Assembly: GCA_030674455.1 (NCBI GenBank)
Contig: JAUSGQ010000027.1
Coordinates: 18,786 to 82,785 of the forward strand
Length of the DNA stretch: 64,000 nt
Source of the DNA: a bacterium
Lineage (GTDB): Bacteria; Patescibacteriota; Minisyncoccia; Phycocordibacterales; UBA2100
Direction: 5' to 3'
Below are positions 55,073 through 64,000 of this stretch, in pieces. A program made the translations under genes and the position numbers. Each line of letters begins with the position of its first letter. The stretch's first letter is position 1. Below the pieces are notes generated by a model, which saw nothing but the letters and a program-made list of their open reading frames with translations, had not been told where the DNA came from and ran no database searches.

Positions 55073-55843
55073 ATGGTCAAAAAAGCGCGAGCGGATTTCG
55101 ATTTATTCCATACAAATCTAGCCGCGTATAAGAAGCAGGTTGATGGAATCTCCAATTTGCTCGGCTTAAAAGGAGTGGCGCGGTTGCGTGGCGATTATCT
55201 GCCGACATATTTTGTTGGTGATATAGGCAATGGACTCCACAAATATGCGCTGTTCAGTCTCAACCCCGGGTTTTCTGAAAAACAAAATCCGACAGAGGAG
55301 ACGTGGAAAAATAGTAGCTGGAAGGACTACGAAAATTTCACGAAGCGCTTCTTTACCTTATATCATCGCGCCGGCATGAAGTCGCGCTATTACGAAAAGA
55401 TATCCATGATATTCGCGGCACTCGAAGGCCTGACTTTTCACAATCGAGAAGATATTTACAATTTCTTTCAAGAGCATCTTATTAACATTGATTTGCTCCC
55501 GTATCATTCATCGGGCATTGGTCTCCCCAGCACGCTCTCTAGCGAGCAACGGGAATACATGCGCGATAACTTAATGAGAGGAATTGCTCTTGTGAAAAAC
55601 CAAGGGGTGCGTCTCGCACTATTCAATGGGCAGGCACTTTGCCAATTATTGGTAGGGAACAAACTCGTGGAAGCAGGTGTTCCGGTTCCTGTGAATGAAA
55701 AGATAAGCATATACCTGTTTCGCTTGGAGGGAATACCGTGTGTCGCGTTTAGCAAATTCATAACTCAACCATTTTTTAAACTCAAAGATGTGGATTTCAG
55801 GAAAACCATTCCAAAATTAATACAGTCCATACTCAATCAGTAG
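55073..55843 (+). CDS. Putative UDG-superfamily (Brig1-like) DNA glycosylase
   Basis: LPTYFVGD..LFSLNPG..IDLLPYHS..LFNG motif order; GGAGG SD. Confidence 0.5.
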   Translation: MVKKARADFDLFHTNLAAYKKQVDGISNLLGLKGVARLRGDYLPTYFVGDIGNGLHKYALFSLNPGFSEKQNPTEETWKNSSWKDYENFTKRFFTLYHRAGMKSRYYEKISMIFAALEGLTFHNREDIYNFFQEHLINIDLLPYHSSGIGLPSTLSSEQREYMRDNLMRGIALVKNQGVRLALFNGQALCQLLVGNKLVEAGVPVPVNEKISIYLFRLEGIPCVAFSKFITQPFFKLKDVDFRKTIPKLIQSILNQ

Positions 55844-55877
55844 TCCACCGACTAGCTCGTTAAATAGCAATCAAGTT

Positions 55878-56402
55878 ATGGACATCCCGAAAAAATTACA
55901 GCCGACTGAGACGATGAACGTTACCTTGCCAAAGGGCGCAACGGTTTCGCTGCCCGTGTGTCATCCAATTTTCTCACTTTGGGAGGGAAATCCTGTGAAG
56001 TTTGATTATGGAAGGAAACCCGTGCTGAACTACAAGGGCGAGGCATGCTTTGCCGAATTAGTGATTTTACGCATGTTGGTTGAGGACGGATGGAATGGAG
56101 TATGGGTTGAGACGTATGGAGGTGCGCACTATCTGCGCACCATGCCTAACGAGTGGAAATTGAGTTCAGAACACGTGTCAATTCCAAAGGATAAAGAAGA
56201 ATTATTGCAGAACATCTGGAAGACAGCCAAAACCACCGCGTGCCTTGATGTTTTCGCGTGGCATAACGGCCAGATACTATTTTGCGAAGCAAAACGCATA
56301 GGCAAAGATAAGCTCACCGGCGCTCAAACACGCTTCGTGGAAGGAGCTTTGGCATGCGGCGTTGCTCCAGAATTACTGCTCATCGTGGAGTGGACGAGCT
56401 GA
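55878..56402 (+). CDS. VRR-NUC-like PD-(D/E)XK nuclease
   Basis: DVFAW..FCEAKR..DKLTGAQTRF. Confidence 0.6.
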   Translation: MDIPKKLQPTETMNVTLPKGATVSLPVCHPIFSLWEGNPVKFDYGRKPVLNYKGEACFAELVILRMLVEDGWNGVWVETYGGAHYLRTMPNEWKLSSEHVSIPKDKEELLQNIWKTAKTTACLDVFAWHNGQILFCEAKRIGKDKLTGAQTRFVEGALACGVAPELLLIVEWTS

Positions 56403-56516
56403 TTGTCTCGCGGGGTGTACCGTGGAAAGAGGCGGATATATGCAATGACGCGGCGAACGCTCCGAATACGGGAGTATACGGAAGCGGAGTATACGGAAGC
56501 GAGGCTTCCGCAACGC

Positions 56517-56635
56517 ACATTCTAACGTTTTGCAAAACGTTAGAATGTCAAGAAGTATAGAGGTGGGAGAAATCAACGATGGAACCTATTCTGGTATTTT
56601 GCCCGCCGGAGGCGGGCAGGCAAAATACGGGAGTA
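56517..56635. repeat. P1 palindrome pair, second one interrupted by CCCGCCGGAGGCGGG
   Basis: 56517-56548 and 56587-56635. Confidence 0.7.
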
Positions 56636-56703
56636 AGGTGAAAAAGGCAGTGAGCCTCTCAGAAACCGGTGATACGCAAAAGGTGTAGAATGGTTAACAT
56701 AGT

Positions 56704-57471
56704 ATGAATGAAACACTTGAATTTGCTGTCGGACTCGCGCGGGAGGCGGGAGAAATAATGCGGCAGAATTTCAAATTGGGAATGAACAAGGAGTGGAAAG
56801 TAGAAGACAATTCACCTGTAACCGAAACTGACATAAAGATAAATGCTTTAGTAATGAATGCAGTTCAAAAGAAATATCCCACCTATTCTTTCGTAGGCGA
56901 AGAGGGAAGCAGAATTATTGAGAGCGAGTACACGTGGGTTTGCGACCCAATAGATGGGACGATACCGTTTTCTCATGGTTATCCTACTTTTGTATTTTCG
57001 CTTGCTCTAACACGAAATGGCGAGAGCATTTTAGGAGTTATTTACGACCCGATAATGGACAGATTGCTCCACGCCGAGAAAGGCAAAGGCGCATTTCTAA
57101 ATGGATCTAAGATATCAGTTTCCAAAGACACGCAATTTACCAAAAGGCTTTTTATAGAGACAGGTGGTAACTCCATGTTGCCATCTCTGGAAAACGTTTT
57201 GGCAAACGAAGGGTGCAGAACTGTGAGCTTTTATTCCTGTGTATATGCTGCCATGTTAATAGCATCTGGCCAACTCGCGGCAGGCGTCTACAAGGCTGAT
57301 AGGCCATGGGATGCAGCTGCCGTGAAAATAATCGTCGAAGAAGCGGGCGGAAAAGTAACTGACCTTGAAGGTAAAGAGCAACGGTACGACCAAAAAATCA
57401 ATGGGTTCATCGCAAGCAACGGCCGTGTACATCAACAACTCGTAGACCTTATCCGGCCACTGCTGAAATAG
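56704..57471 (+). CDS. Inositol monophosphatase family protein
   Basis: GEE, WVCDPIDGT, PWDAAA. Confidence 0.92.
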   Translation: MNETLEFAVGLAREAGEIMRQNFKLGMNKEWKVEDNSPVTETDIKINALVMNAVQKKYPTYSFVGEEGSRIIESEYTWVCDPIDGTIPFSHGYPTFVFSLALTRNGESILGVIYDPIMDRLLHAEKGKGAFLNGSKISVSKDTQFTKRLFIETGGNSMLPSLENVLANEGCRTVSFYSCVYAAMLIASGQLAAGVYKADRPWDAAAVKIIVEEAGGKVTDLEGKEQRYDQKINGFIASNGRVHQQLVDLIRPLLK

Positions 57472-57513
57472 ACTTGTCCAGCCGTCCTGACGAAGAAGCG
57501 ACTTTGAGATTTG

Positions 57514-59343
57514 TTACTGCTGGCGGACAAACAACGGACTCAAGAAGAAATTGACGACTGAGGCAACCATTGCGCTCGGTGAATATGCACTGATGGGTTC
57601 TGATGTGGGAGCTGGTTCCTGCGCCGGTGCAGGCGTGGCAGGTTCTGCTGGTGCAGCGCCACCGTCACTTGGAGGAGGCGGCGGAGCTTGCGTTCCGGAT
57701 TCCGGAGGCGGATAGCCCGCTTCTGTTGGCGGAATAAATTGTTGCATTTCGCCCTGCGGAATTTGCCCTATCTGCTCGCCTTGCGGCTGGGAACCTATTG
57801 GCGGAGGCGCACAATTTTCACCTGTGCATCCAGACGGTAGTGGATTGCGCGGATAATCACCAGGCGGCGGACAATTGCCACCTTCGCACCTAGGCGGTTC
57901 AGGATTTCGCGGATAGTCCCCTGGTGGCGGACAATTTCCACCCTCGCACGGCGGTCCTCCCGGACCCGGGTTGCGCGGATGATCGCCGGGCGGCGGGCAG
58001 TTTTCTCCTTCACAGCGCGGGCCGCCGGGGCCTGGGTTGGGAGGATAATCACCTGGCGGCGGGCAGTTTTCACCTTCGCATCGGGGGCCTCTAGGACCGG
58101 GCGGGTAATCTCTCGGTCCGCAATTCTCGCCCTCACATCCACCTCGCGGAGCTGGTCCGCCTAAACTCGGGTCATACTGGGGGCAATTTCCGTCTTCACA
58201 TGGCCCTTCTTGCGGCACATGTCGTCCCCGCCCGTCCGGACCACGGTTGGCATCATTTCTTTCTTCTCCCTGTATGCGGCGCTCCTCTTGTTGGCTGAAA
58301 CACGCGGACATCTTTTCTCCAAGGTCGCGGGTAGGCCGTATAGCGCCTGCTTTCAGTTTTTCGTAATTGTCTTTGCCGAATATATTTTCAAGGCATGCAA
58401 CGGTTTCCGGTGGAGGATTAGATAACGATTCGCGAAGTTGGCCGTTGTCCTTTTCCATTCTTTGCTCTTCTTCCGGCGATATCAAGCCGTTATCTTTTCC
58501 AAACTGGAAACAAGTCTCTTGATTCTCCGGACTACTGTCACAGAATGCATCGCATTCTTCCTTGCCTCGGCAGCCGCCGGGACCCTTGCCGCGAGTTTTT
58601 CTCGCCATCTCCGCATCTTTGCCGGTCATGAATCCTGCGGCTTCGGCAAACGCAACGCATGTGTCAATGTTTTCTTCCTGTCCGCAGTACGCGTCGCATT
58701 CCTCTTTGCCTCTGCAGGGGAGCGGCTTCACTCCGCTTTTAATGGCCTGTACCATTTTTTGCGCGTTGGCCTGTTCATCGGGCGACATAAACCCGGCTTC
58801 GCTCGCGAACGCAACGCATTCTTCTATGTGGTTTGGGTCTTCGCAGTACGCATCGCAGGCACGCTTTCCTCCACACGGCGGGGGCTTTACGCCGCGCTTA
58901 ATCGCGGCCTGCACTTTTTTGGCCTCATCCAATTCTTTCGGAGGCATTATTCCCGACTTCTCTGCGAATGCGACGCATTCATCTATGTTGGTCATTTCAT
59001 TACAGTACGCTTCGCATGAATCCTTGCCTGTGCATCCTCCCGGGCCTTTGCCTCCCGCGGCGAGGAATTTCTTCGCCGTCGCTATCTCTTCGGGCGGCAT
59101 CAGATTATTCTTTTCGGCAAATGAAATACACGCATCAAGGTTGTCCGGCTCGTCGCAGTAGGTTTTACATTCCGATTTGCTGCCGCAGTTTCCGAGTTCG
59201 GCGATTGGATAAACGATGGACGACGTATCAGTGCCTTGCGTTCCGGTTTGGGCAAAAGCATGTCCAATGATTATCGCGGCGAAAAAGACTCCTGCCGCGA
59301 GAATCGCGAACGGGACGTACCTTCTATCTATTGATATGTTCAT
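57514..59343 (-). CDS. Exported Cys-rich repeat protein with Pro/Gly-rich tandem repeats
   Basis: Repeats of GPGGC.GK..C.AYC......C..FA; tandem CEG(E/G)NCPPPGDYP. Confidence 0.8.
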   Translation of the reverse strand: MNISIDRRYVPFAILAAGVFFAAIIIGHAFAQTGTQGTDTSSIVYPIAELGNCGSKSECKTYCDEPDNLDACISFAEKNNLMPPEEIATAKKFLAAGGKGPGGCTGKDSCEAYCNEMTNIDECVAFAEKSGIMPPKELDEAKKVQAAIKRGVKPPPCGGKRACDAYCEDPNHIEECVAFASEAGFMSPDEQANAQKMVQAIKSGVKPLPCRGKEECDAYCGQEENIDTCVAFAEAAGFMTGKDAEMARKTRGKGPGGCRGKEECDAFCDSSPENQETCFQFGKDNGLISPEEEQRMEKDNGQLRESLSNPPPETVACLENIFGKDNYEKLKAGAIRPTRDLGEKMSACFSQQEERRIQGEERNDANRGPDGRGRHVPQEGPCEDGNCPQYDPSLGGPAPRGGCEGENCGPRDYPPGPRGPRCEGENCPPPGDYPPNPGPGGPRCEGENCPPPGDHPRNPGPGGPPCEGGNCPPPGDYPRNPEPPRCEGGNCPPPGDYPRNPLPSGCTGENCAPPPIGSQPQGEQIGQIPQGEMQQFIPPTEAGYPPPESGTQAPPPPPSDGGAAPAEPATPAPAQEPAPTSEPISAYSPSAMVASVVNFFLSPLFVRQQ

Positions 59344-59344
59344 A

Positions 59345-59551
59345 TTACTCAAATGGGTTAGTCTTTACGCTCTTGAAAGGGTTGGCCTTATCAGCCGGAT
59401 TAATGTCCGGCTTATTCTCGAGCGGAGCTTCCACGCTGTAGCTCTGCGTTGGGATAATTTCCTCCGGCTCGGGCTGATAAAAATAAAACGCGATGCCGAC
59501 CGCGAGTATGATGAGAACGGCGGCCGCAAGCAAAATATTCTTTTTATCCAT
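59345..59551 (-). CDS. Small single-TM protein
   Basis: TM plus NPADKANPFKSVKTNPFE tail. Confidence 0.7.
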   Translation of the reverse strand: MDKKNILLAAAVLIILAVGIAFYFYQPEPEEIIPTQSYSVEAPLENKPDINPADKANPFKSVKTNPFE

Positions 59552-59663
59552 AGGTTATTAGATGTTGGTAAGTCTTAATTGTAAGCGCACCGTAGAGCGG
59601 TGTTAAGGCGAATCAGTGGATAATTAAATTCCAAAATCGCGCGCAAGGGGGTATAGTTTGAGG

Positions 59664-60533
59664 ATGAAGAAATTCGTCATTGCCGCGTGTGTTTTAGCCC
59701 TCATCATTCTCGCTCTGTGGCTTTCGGGAAATATCGCAGTTACGCAGAAAGGAACGGCGGATTATAAAAATGCGATGTACCTCATAGCGGGGAAACCAAT
59801 TACGCTCGTAGATGGAAAAGCAGAAATCGCAGCGGCTCCCGGTTCGGAAAGCAAAGAAATAGTTGCGATTTTCGGCGAGCCGATATTTAAAGATCTAGAC
59901 CGCGACGGGGACGACGATGTGCTGTTCCTTTTGACGAAAGATTCAGGCGGAAGCGGAACATTTTATTACGTAGCAGTCGCCGTCAATGAAAATGGCCTCT
60001 ATAAAGGAACGAATGCGATGTTCTTGGGCGACCGCATAGCGCCGCAGACCATAGGATTTCAGGAGGGCAGAGCAGTGGTGAATTTCGCGGTGCGGGCGCC
60101 GGAAGAAAGTTTTGCCGTTGCGCCACACATCGGGAAGAGCGTGTGGATACATCTAGATGCTAAGAAATTTGAAATTGGCGAGTGGGTCAAAGACTTCGAA
60201 GGAGAAGCAGACATCGCGGTTCAGATACAGGTTACGACTCCTGTTCCAAATCAGAAAGTTTCGAGCCCGCTCATCGTAAAAGGGAAGGCGAGAGGAAACT
60301 GGTATTTTGAAGCCGCATTTCCGATTGCGATTATAGACGCGAACGGAATACAACTCGGAGTTGCCTCGGCGGAGGCGCAGTCGGCATGGACGACATCGGA
60401 TTTCGTGCCGTTCGAAGCCACGCTCGAATTTGAAAAATCAGCGACGAGTACCGGAATTCTTCTTCTCAAAAAAGATAATCCATCGGGATTGCAGGAAAAA
60501 GACGCATCTATCTCGATTCCGATTAGTTTCTAG
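59664..60533 (+). CDS. Gmad2 Ig-like domain surface protein
   Basis: GGSGTFYY, LGDRIAPQ, GKARGNWYFEAAFP, DNPSGL. Confidence 0.8.
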   Translation: MKKFVIAACVLALIILALWLSGNIAVTQKGTADYKNAMYLIAGKPITLVDGKAEIAAAPGSESKEIVAIFGEPIFKDLDRDGDDDVLFLLTKDSGGSGTFYYVAVAVNENGLYKGTNAMFLGDRIAPQTIGFQEGRAVVNFAVRAPEESFAVAPHIGKSVWIHLDAKKFEIGEWVKDFEGEADIAVQIQVTTPVPNQKVSSPLIVKGKARGNWYFEAAFPIAIIDANGIQLGVASAEAQSAWTTSDFVPFEATLEFEKSATSTGILLLKKDNPSGLQEKDASISIPISF

Positions 60534-61096
60534 AATTTAACGTACGAGGGGACTGCAAGTATTGACGGGTCTTTCGACCAAACGTGGCAATCCCAGCTCA
60601 CATTGTCCAAGCTCGTGCCAAAACCGGCGCCGCTCGTCAAATCGGTCGGTATCGCCTGCGGAAGGTCGGCAAGAGATTTGATGCTCGATTTCTTTCCGGT
60701 CGTTGAGCCCTCTTTCCATGTGTAGAGAATGCCGCCGCTGTATACCATGAGATTGGCTGCCGATGCCGCGCCTATAGTGGTCCTAAACTCGCCTCGCATT
60801 TTTCCGTCGGCGATATATATGACGCTGCTCGCTTTTCCATCCGAAGTAACTTGTTCATATGAACATTGATGGCTCCCTGTTTGCGTAAAGATACTCCGGA
60901 ATGTGTTCGTTCCAACCGTACCCCCAGAAGTTGCCGTAGCAGGTGCGGCGGTATTTGTCTCATTGGTCCCCGAGGTGGCCGTTTGGTTTTGCGTTTCAAT
61001 CGGAGCGTTATTAGGCTTTGTGAAGTACCAGATGCCCCAGACAAGAATGAGAGCTATAATTATGCCCCCGACAATAAGCCAAGATTTTTGATTCAT
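60530..61096 (-). CDS. Exported hypothetical protein
   Basis: TM anchor, T-rich linker, YIADGKMRGEF. Confidence 0.7.
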   Translation of the reverse strand: MNQKSWLIVGGIIIALILVWGIWYFTKPNNAPIETQNQTATSGTNETNTAAPATATSGGTVGTNTFRSIFTQTGSHQCSYEQVTSDGKASSVIYIADGKMRGEFRTTIGAASAANLMVYSGGILYTWKEGSTTGKKSSIKSLADLPQAIPTDLTSGAGFGTSLDNVSWDCHVWSKDPSILAVPSYVKF

Positions 61097-61174
61097 GAAG
61101 AAATTTATAAAGATGAGTAATATTCACCAGAACATAGCAGGCGCTCATGAAAAATTGATGAAGGAAAATCCAGT

Positions 61175-61750
61175 ATGAGGGATGCACAAAAAGAGATACG
61201 GATTCGTAACCGAACCCTTGCGTTCACGCTAAAGAAAAGCCGGCGTGCGCAAAGAATGCGAATGGCTGTGTACTGTGATGGAGCGGTGATTGTTACAACG
61301 CCGTACCATTGCGGAGTAAGCTCTGCAGAAAGATTCGTGCGCGAAAAGATAGACTGGCTTCTCAAGAAGCTGGAGTTCTTCACACCATTTAGGAAGAGGC
61401 CTGCGCGCCGGAGGACAAAGGTTGAGTATCGGCAGAACAAGGAGCGCGCATACAGGCTCGCGCTAGAACGCATTGAACATTTTAACCGCAGCTATAATTT
61501 CAACTTTAATTCCGTCAACATTAGGAATCAGAAAACGCGGTGGGGAAGCTGCTCAAAGAAGGGTAATTTGAATTTCAATTACAAAATCGCTCTCCTACCA
61601 GAGCGGCTTTCCGACTACATAATCGTCCATGAACTTTGCCACCTCGGCGAGTTCAATCACTCCAAGAAATTTTGGAGACTTGTTACAAAAACAATGCCCG
61701 ACCATGCGAACTTGCGAAAAGAGCTAAAGAAAATCAGCGCAGTCCAATGA
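61175..61750 (+). CDS. YgjP/DUF45-like zinc metallopeptidase
   Basis: QKTRWGSCS, YIIVHELCHL..NHS..FW. Confidence 0.9.
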   Translation: MRDAQKEIRIRNRTLAFTLKKSRRAQRMRMAVYCDGAVIVTTPYHCGVSSAERFVREKIDWLLKKLEFFTPFRKRPARRRTKVEYRQNKERAYRLALERIEHFNRSYNFNFNSVNIRNQKTRWGSCSKKGNLNFNYKIALLPERLSDYIIVHELCHLGEFNHSKKFWRLVTKTMPDHANLRKELKKISAVQ

Positions 61751-61818
61751 GATGACATCTCATTGGACATTGAAGAAAATTCAATAGGGCGATATATCGC
61801 CCTATTTGCCCCTGCATC

Positions 61819-62472
61819 TTATGCAGGAAGAACGAATTTAAACATGAACCAGAAGTGGCTGAAACTTCCCAGCATTACAAAAATATGGAACACATCGTGG
61901 AGCGTGTACCATTTGCCGGGCTTCACAACATTGTCTAGCGCAAAGAAAATCGTGCCTGCAGTATAAAATATTCCACCCGCGAGTAGCCACCATATTGCTT
62001 CAAGCGGCAGAGCATCTTTAAGCGGAACAAGGGCGATCACGATAAGCCAACCCATTAGGATATAGAAAACCGCCGATATCCATCCCGACAACGCCAGTCG
62101 AAATGTCTTTGCCAAGACTCCGCACAGGGCGAGACCCCAAATCACGCCGAACAAGCTCCACCCCCAGCTGGAGGGCAGAACGATAAGAACAAGCGGTGTA
62201 TACGTTCCCGCAATAAGCAGATAAATTGTTATGTGGTCGAGTATGCGGAACAAATCTTTTGCCGGATGGTTTCTTGAAAGAAAATGGTACAGCGTGCTCA
62301 TTAGGTACAAAAGGACGAGCGACGCGCCAAAAATCGCAAAAGTTACGACGTGCACGGCAGTTCCTCGAAAAGCGGCAAGGGTAACGAGGAGCGCAAGTCC
62401 CGCGATAGAAAGAAGCGTGGCGACAAGATGAGTCAAACCGCTCAATCGCTCATTTGAATCGGATTGCTCCAT
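61819..62472 (-). CDS. Hemolysin III (PAQR) family membrane protein
   Basis: STLYH, DHITIYLLIAGTYTP, HDVFHIFVMLGS. Confidence 0.92.
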   Translation of the reverse strand: MEQSDSNERLSGLTHLVATLLSIAGLALLVTLAAFRGTAVHVVTFAIFGASLVLLYLMSTLYHFLSRNHPAKDLFRILDHITIYLLIAGTYTPLVLIVLPSSWGWSLFGVIWGLALCGVLAKTFRLALSGWISAVFYILMGWLIVIALVPLKDALPLEAIWWLLAGGIFYTAGTIFFALDNVVKPGKWYTLHDVFHIFVMLGSFSHFWFMFKFVLPA

Positions 62473-62577
62473 TAATTAAACGATAGCATAAGGAATCTAA
62501 TACATTGAGGTTTAACCTCAATGTAACTCCGAAGGTTTAACCTGCGGAGTTAATAGGTCGATATATCGCCCTATTGT

Positions 62578-63393
62578 TCATTTATCAACGCGGCTGTGCA
62601 TGTGATTGAGAGGCCCATGGCCATGTCCAACAGATAATTTGCTGGAAGACTTTATAGCATCGGTAAGATATTTCTTAGCAACGCTAACCGCTTCGTGGAC
62701 ATTCTTTCCTTTCGCCAGTTCTGCAGCTATCGCAGACGCGAATGTGCATCCTGTTCCATGTGTATTTTTCGTCTGAATTCGTTTTACGCGGAACTCACGG
62801 AATGATTTTCCGTCATAGAGCACATCAATAGCATCGTTACTGCGAGGCAGATGTCCTCCTTTTATGACGACGTTCTTGGCACCGCGCTCAAAGAGCATCT
62901 CAGCCGCGCGCTTCATATCTTCTACGGTGCTGATAGATAATCCGGTGAGTCCCTCTGCTTCGTGGAGATTCGGTGTCAGAACAAATGATAGCGGAACAAG
63001 TTTCTTTAACAACGATTGTTGGGCGTCTTTTTTGAGCAATGCATGCCCGCTTTTCGATATCATCACGGGGTCTAGTACCACAAGCCGTGCGCGGTACTTT
63101 TTCAGGCGATTCGCTACGGTGTTGATTATTTCTTTATTTGCCAACATGCCGATTTTTATCGCGTCCGCGCCGATATCCGACATCACCGAATCGATCTGGC
63201 GGCCGACGAACGAAGCCGAAAGTGTAACTACGCCATCTACACCCACCGTATTTTGCGCGGTTATCGCCGTAATAACGCTCATTCCATAGACGCCGCGCGC
63301 GGCAAAGGTTTTTAAATCGGCCTGGATGCCAGCGCCACCCCCAGAATCGGAGCCCGCAATCGTAAGTACACGAGGTATTTTCTTTTTTTTCAT
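62578..63393 (-). CDS. thiD: Hydroxymethylpyrimidine/phosphomethylpyrimidine kinase
   Basis: [41 protein letters not shown]. Confidence 0.95.
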   Translation of the reverse strand: MKKKKIPRVLTIAGSDSGGGAGIQADLKTFAARGVYGMSVITAITAQNTVGVDGVVTLSASFVGRQIDSVMSDIGADAIKIGMLANKEIINTVANRLKKYRARLVVLDPVMISKSGHALLKKDAQQSLLKKLVPLSFVLTPNLHEAEGLTGLSISTVEDMKRAAEMLFERGAKNVVIKGGHLPRSNDAIDVLYDGKSFREFRVKRIQTKNTHGTGCTFASAIAAELAKGKNVHEAVSVAKKYLTDAIKSSSKLSVGHGHGPLNHMHSRVDK

Positions 63394-64000
63394 ACGCGTA
63401 AGTGATTCCACCCGTCCGGTTTCAGCTGTTTCTTCCGGCCATTATTTAGTATAAGCCAATTGCCCATTTCTTTCTTAGTAATTTCGCCTATGACCGTTAC
63501 GGCAGTTCCCGTCTCTTTCTTTACTTTGCGTATTAGAGCGTTCGCGTGCGACGGGGGAGCGGTGAACAGCAATTCATAATCCTCTCCGCCAGCAAGCGCA
63601 AACTCCGAGGGATTCTTACCAGTGGCTTTGCAAAAAGATTTTACCTCGCGAGATACAAGTAATTGATTTTCATAGAGCGTTACTCCGACCAGGGCTTGCT
63701 CCGCAATGTGGAGCATATCTTGCGCTAGGCCGTCGCTGATATCTATCATCGCAGTGGCTTTTCGAGCGTGCGCGATGATTGAAGATTCCCATACGCGAGG
63801 CGTCGGATTATTTTGTTTGGCGACAAGGAGTTTCCTTACTGCTGCAGGCACTTGTGTCCGCGGATTCTGCAATAAATACAAACCTGCGCCGGCGTTTCCG
63901 AGCGAGCCGGTCACAAGCACTTTGTCTCCGACTCGCGCTCCTCTGCGTAGTAAGACATTTTTTGGGTTTACCTCTCCCAAAAGCGCGACATCAATCGCGA
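63390..64000 (-). CDS. thiL: Thiamine-monophosphate kinase (5' part outside window)
   Basis: [23 protein letters not shown]. Confidence 0.92.
   Translation of the reverse strand, partial: AIDVALLGEVNPKNVLLRRGARVGDKVLVTGSLGNAGAGLYLLQNPRTQVPAAVRKLLVAKQNNPTPRVWESSIIAHARKATAMIDISDGLAQDMLHIAEQALVGVTLYENQLLVSREVKSFCKATGKNPSEFALAGGEDYELLFTAPPSHANALIRKVKKETGTAVTVIGEITKKEMGNWLILNNGRKKQLKPDGWNHLRV

Noticed and set aside
54864-56635. CRISPR array or integron attC array from the P1 palindromes
   Set aside because: No regular repeat-spacer period, no cas or intI gene, and no clear RYYYAAC/GTTRRRY boundaries.

Overview
Bacterial chromosomal window in standard code 11 (TGA used as stop). Gene content and style suggest Patescibacteria/CPR, most likely Parcubacteria; this is an inference from short dnaX, ACT-less RelA/SpoT, Gmad2 and Cys-rich surface proteins, a tRNA-overlapping LAGLIDADG-like ORF and abundant short palindromes. 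Housekeeping genes: murJ, lepA, hisS, rpmG, miaA, parB, relA/spoT, topA, dprA, serS, ftsQ, dus, dnaX, thiD, thiL, plus six tRNAs. A ~13 kb island (18507-31483) is integrated at the tRNA-Leu(CAA) 3' end by a large serine recombinase. It carries SNF2 helicase + ISP/IIG-like restriction-methylase + Shedu + a tiny acidic protein, and an XRE-UvrD pair. It also holds an internal inverted intact attP-like copy, so the recombinase has three possible C-termini. The most striking unannotated structure is a pair of homologous ~190 nt structured elements at the 3' ends of tRNA-Phe and tRNA-Leu, with a shared scaffold and antisense/direct arms that track their own target tRNA. Analogous displaced 3'-end duplicates follow rpmG and topA. 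Several palindromic repeat families are dispersed through the window, some in frame inside core genes. All assignments come from motif reading only; no searches were run.
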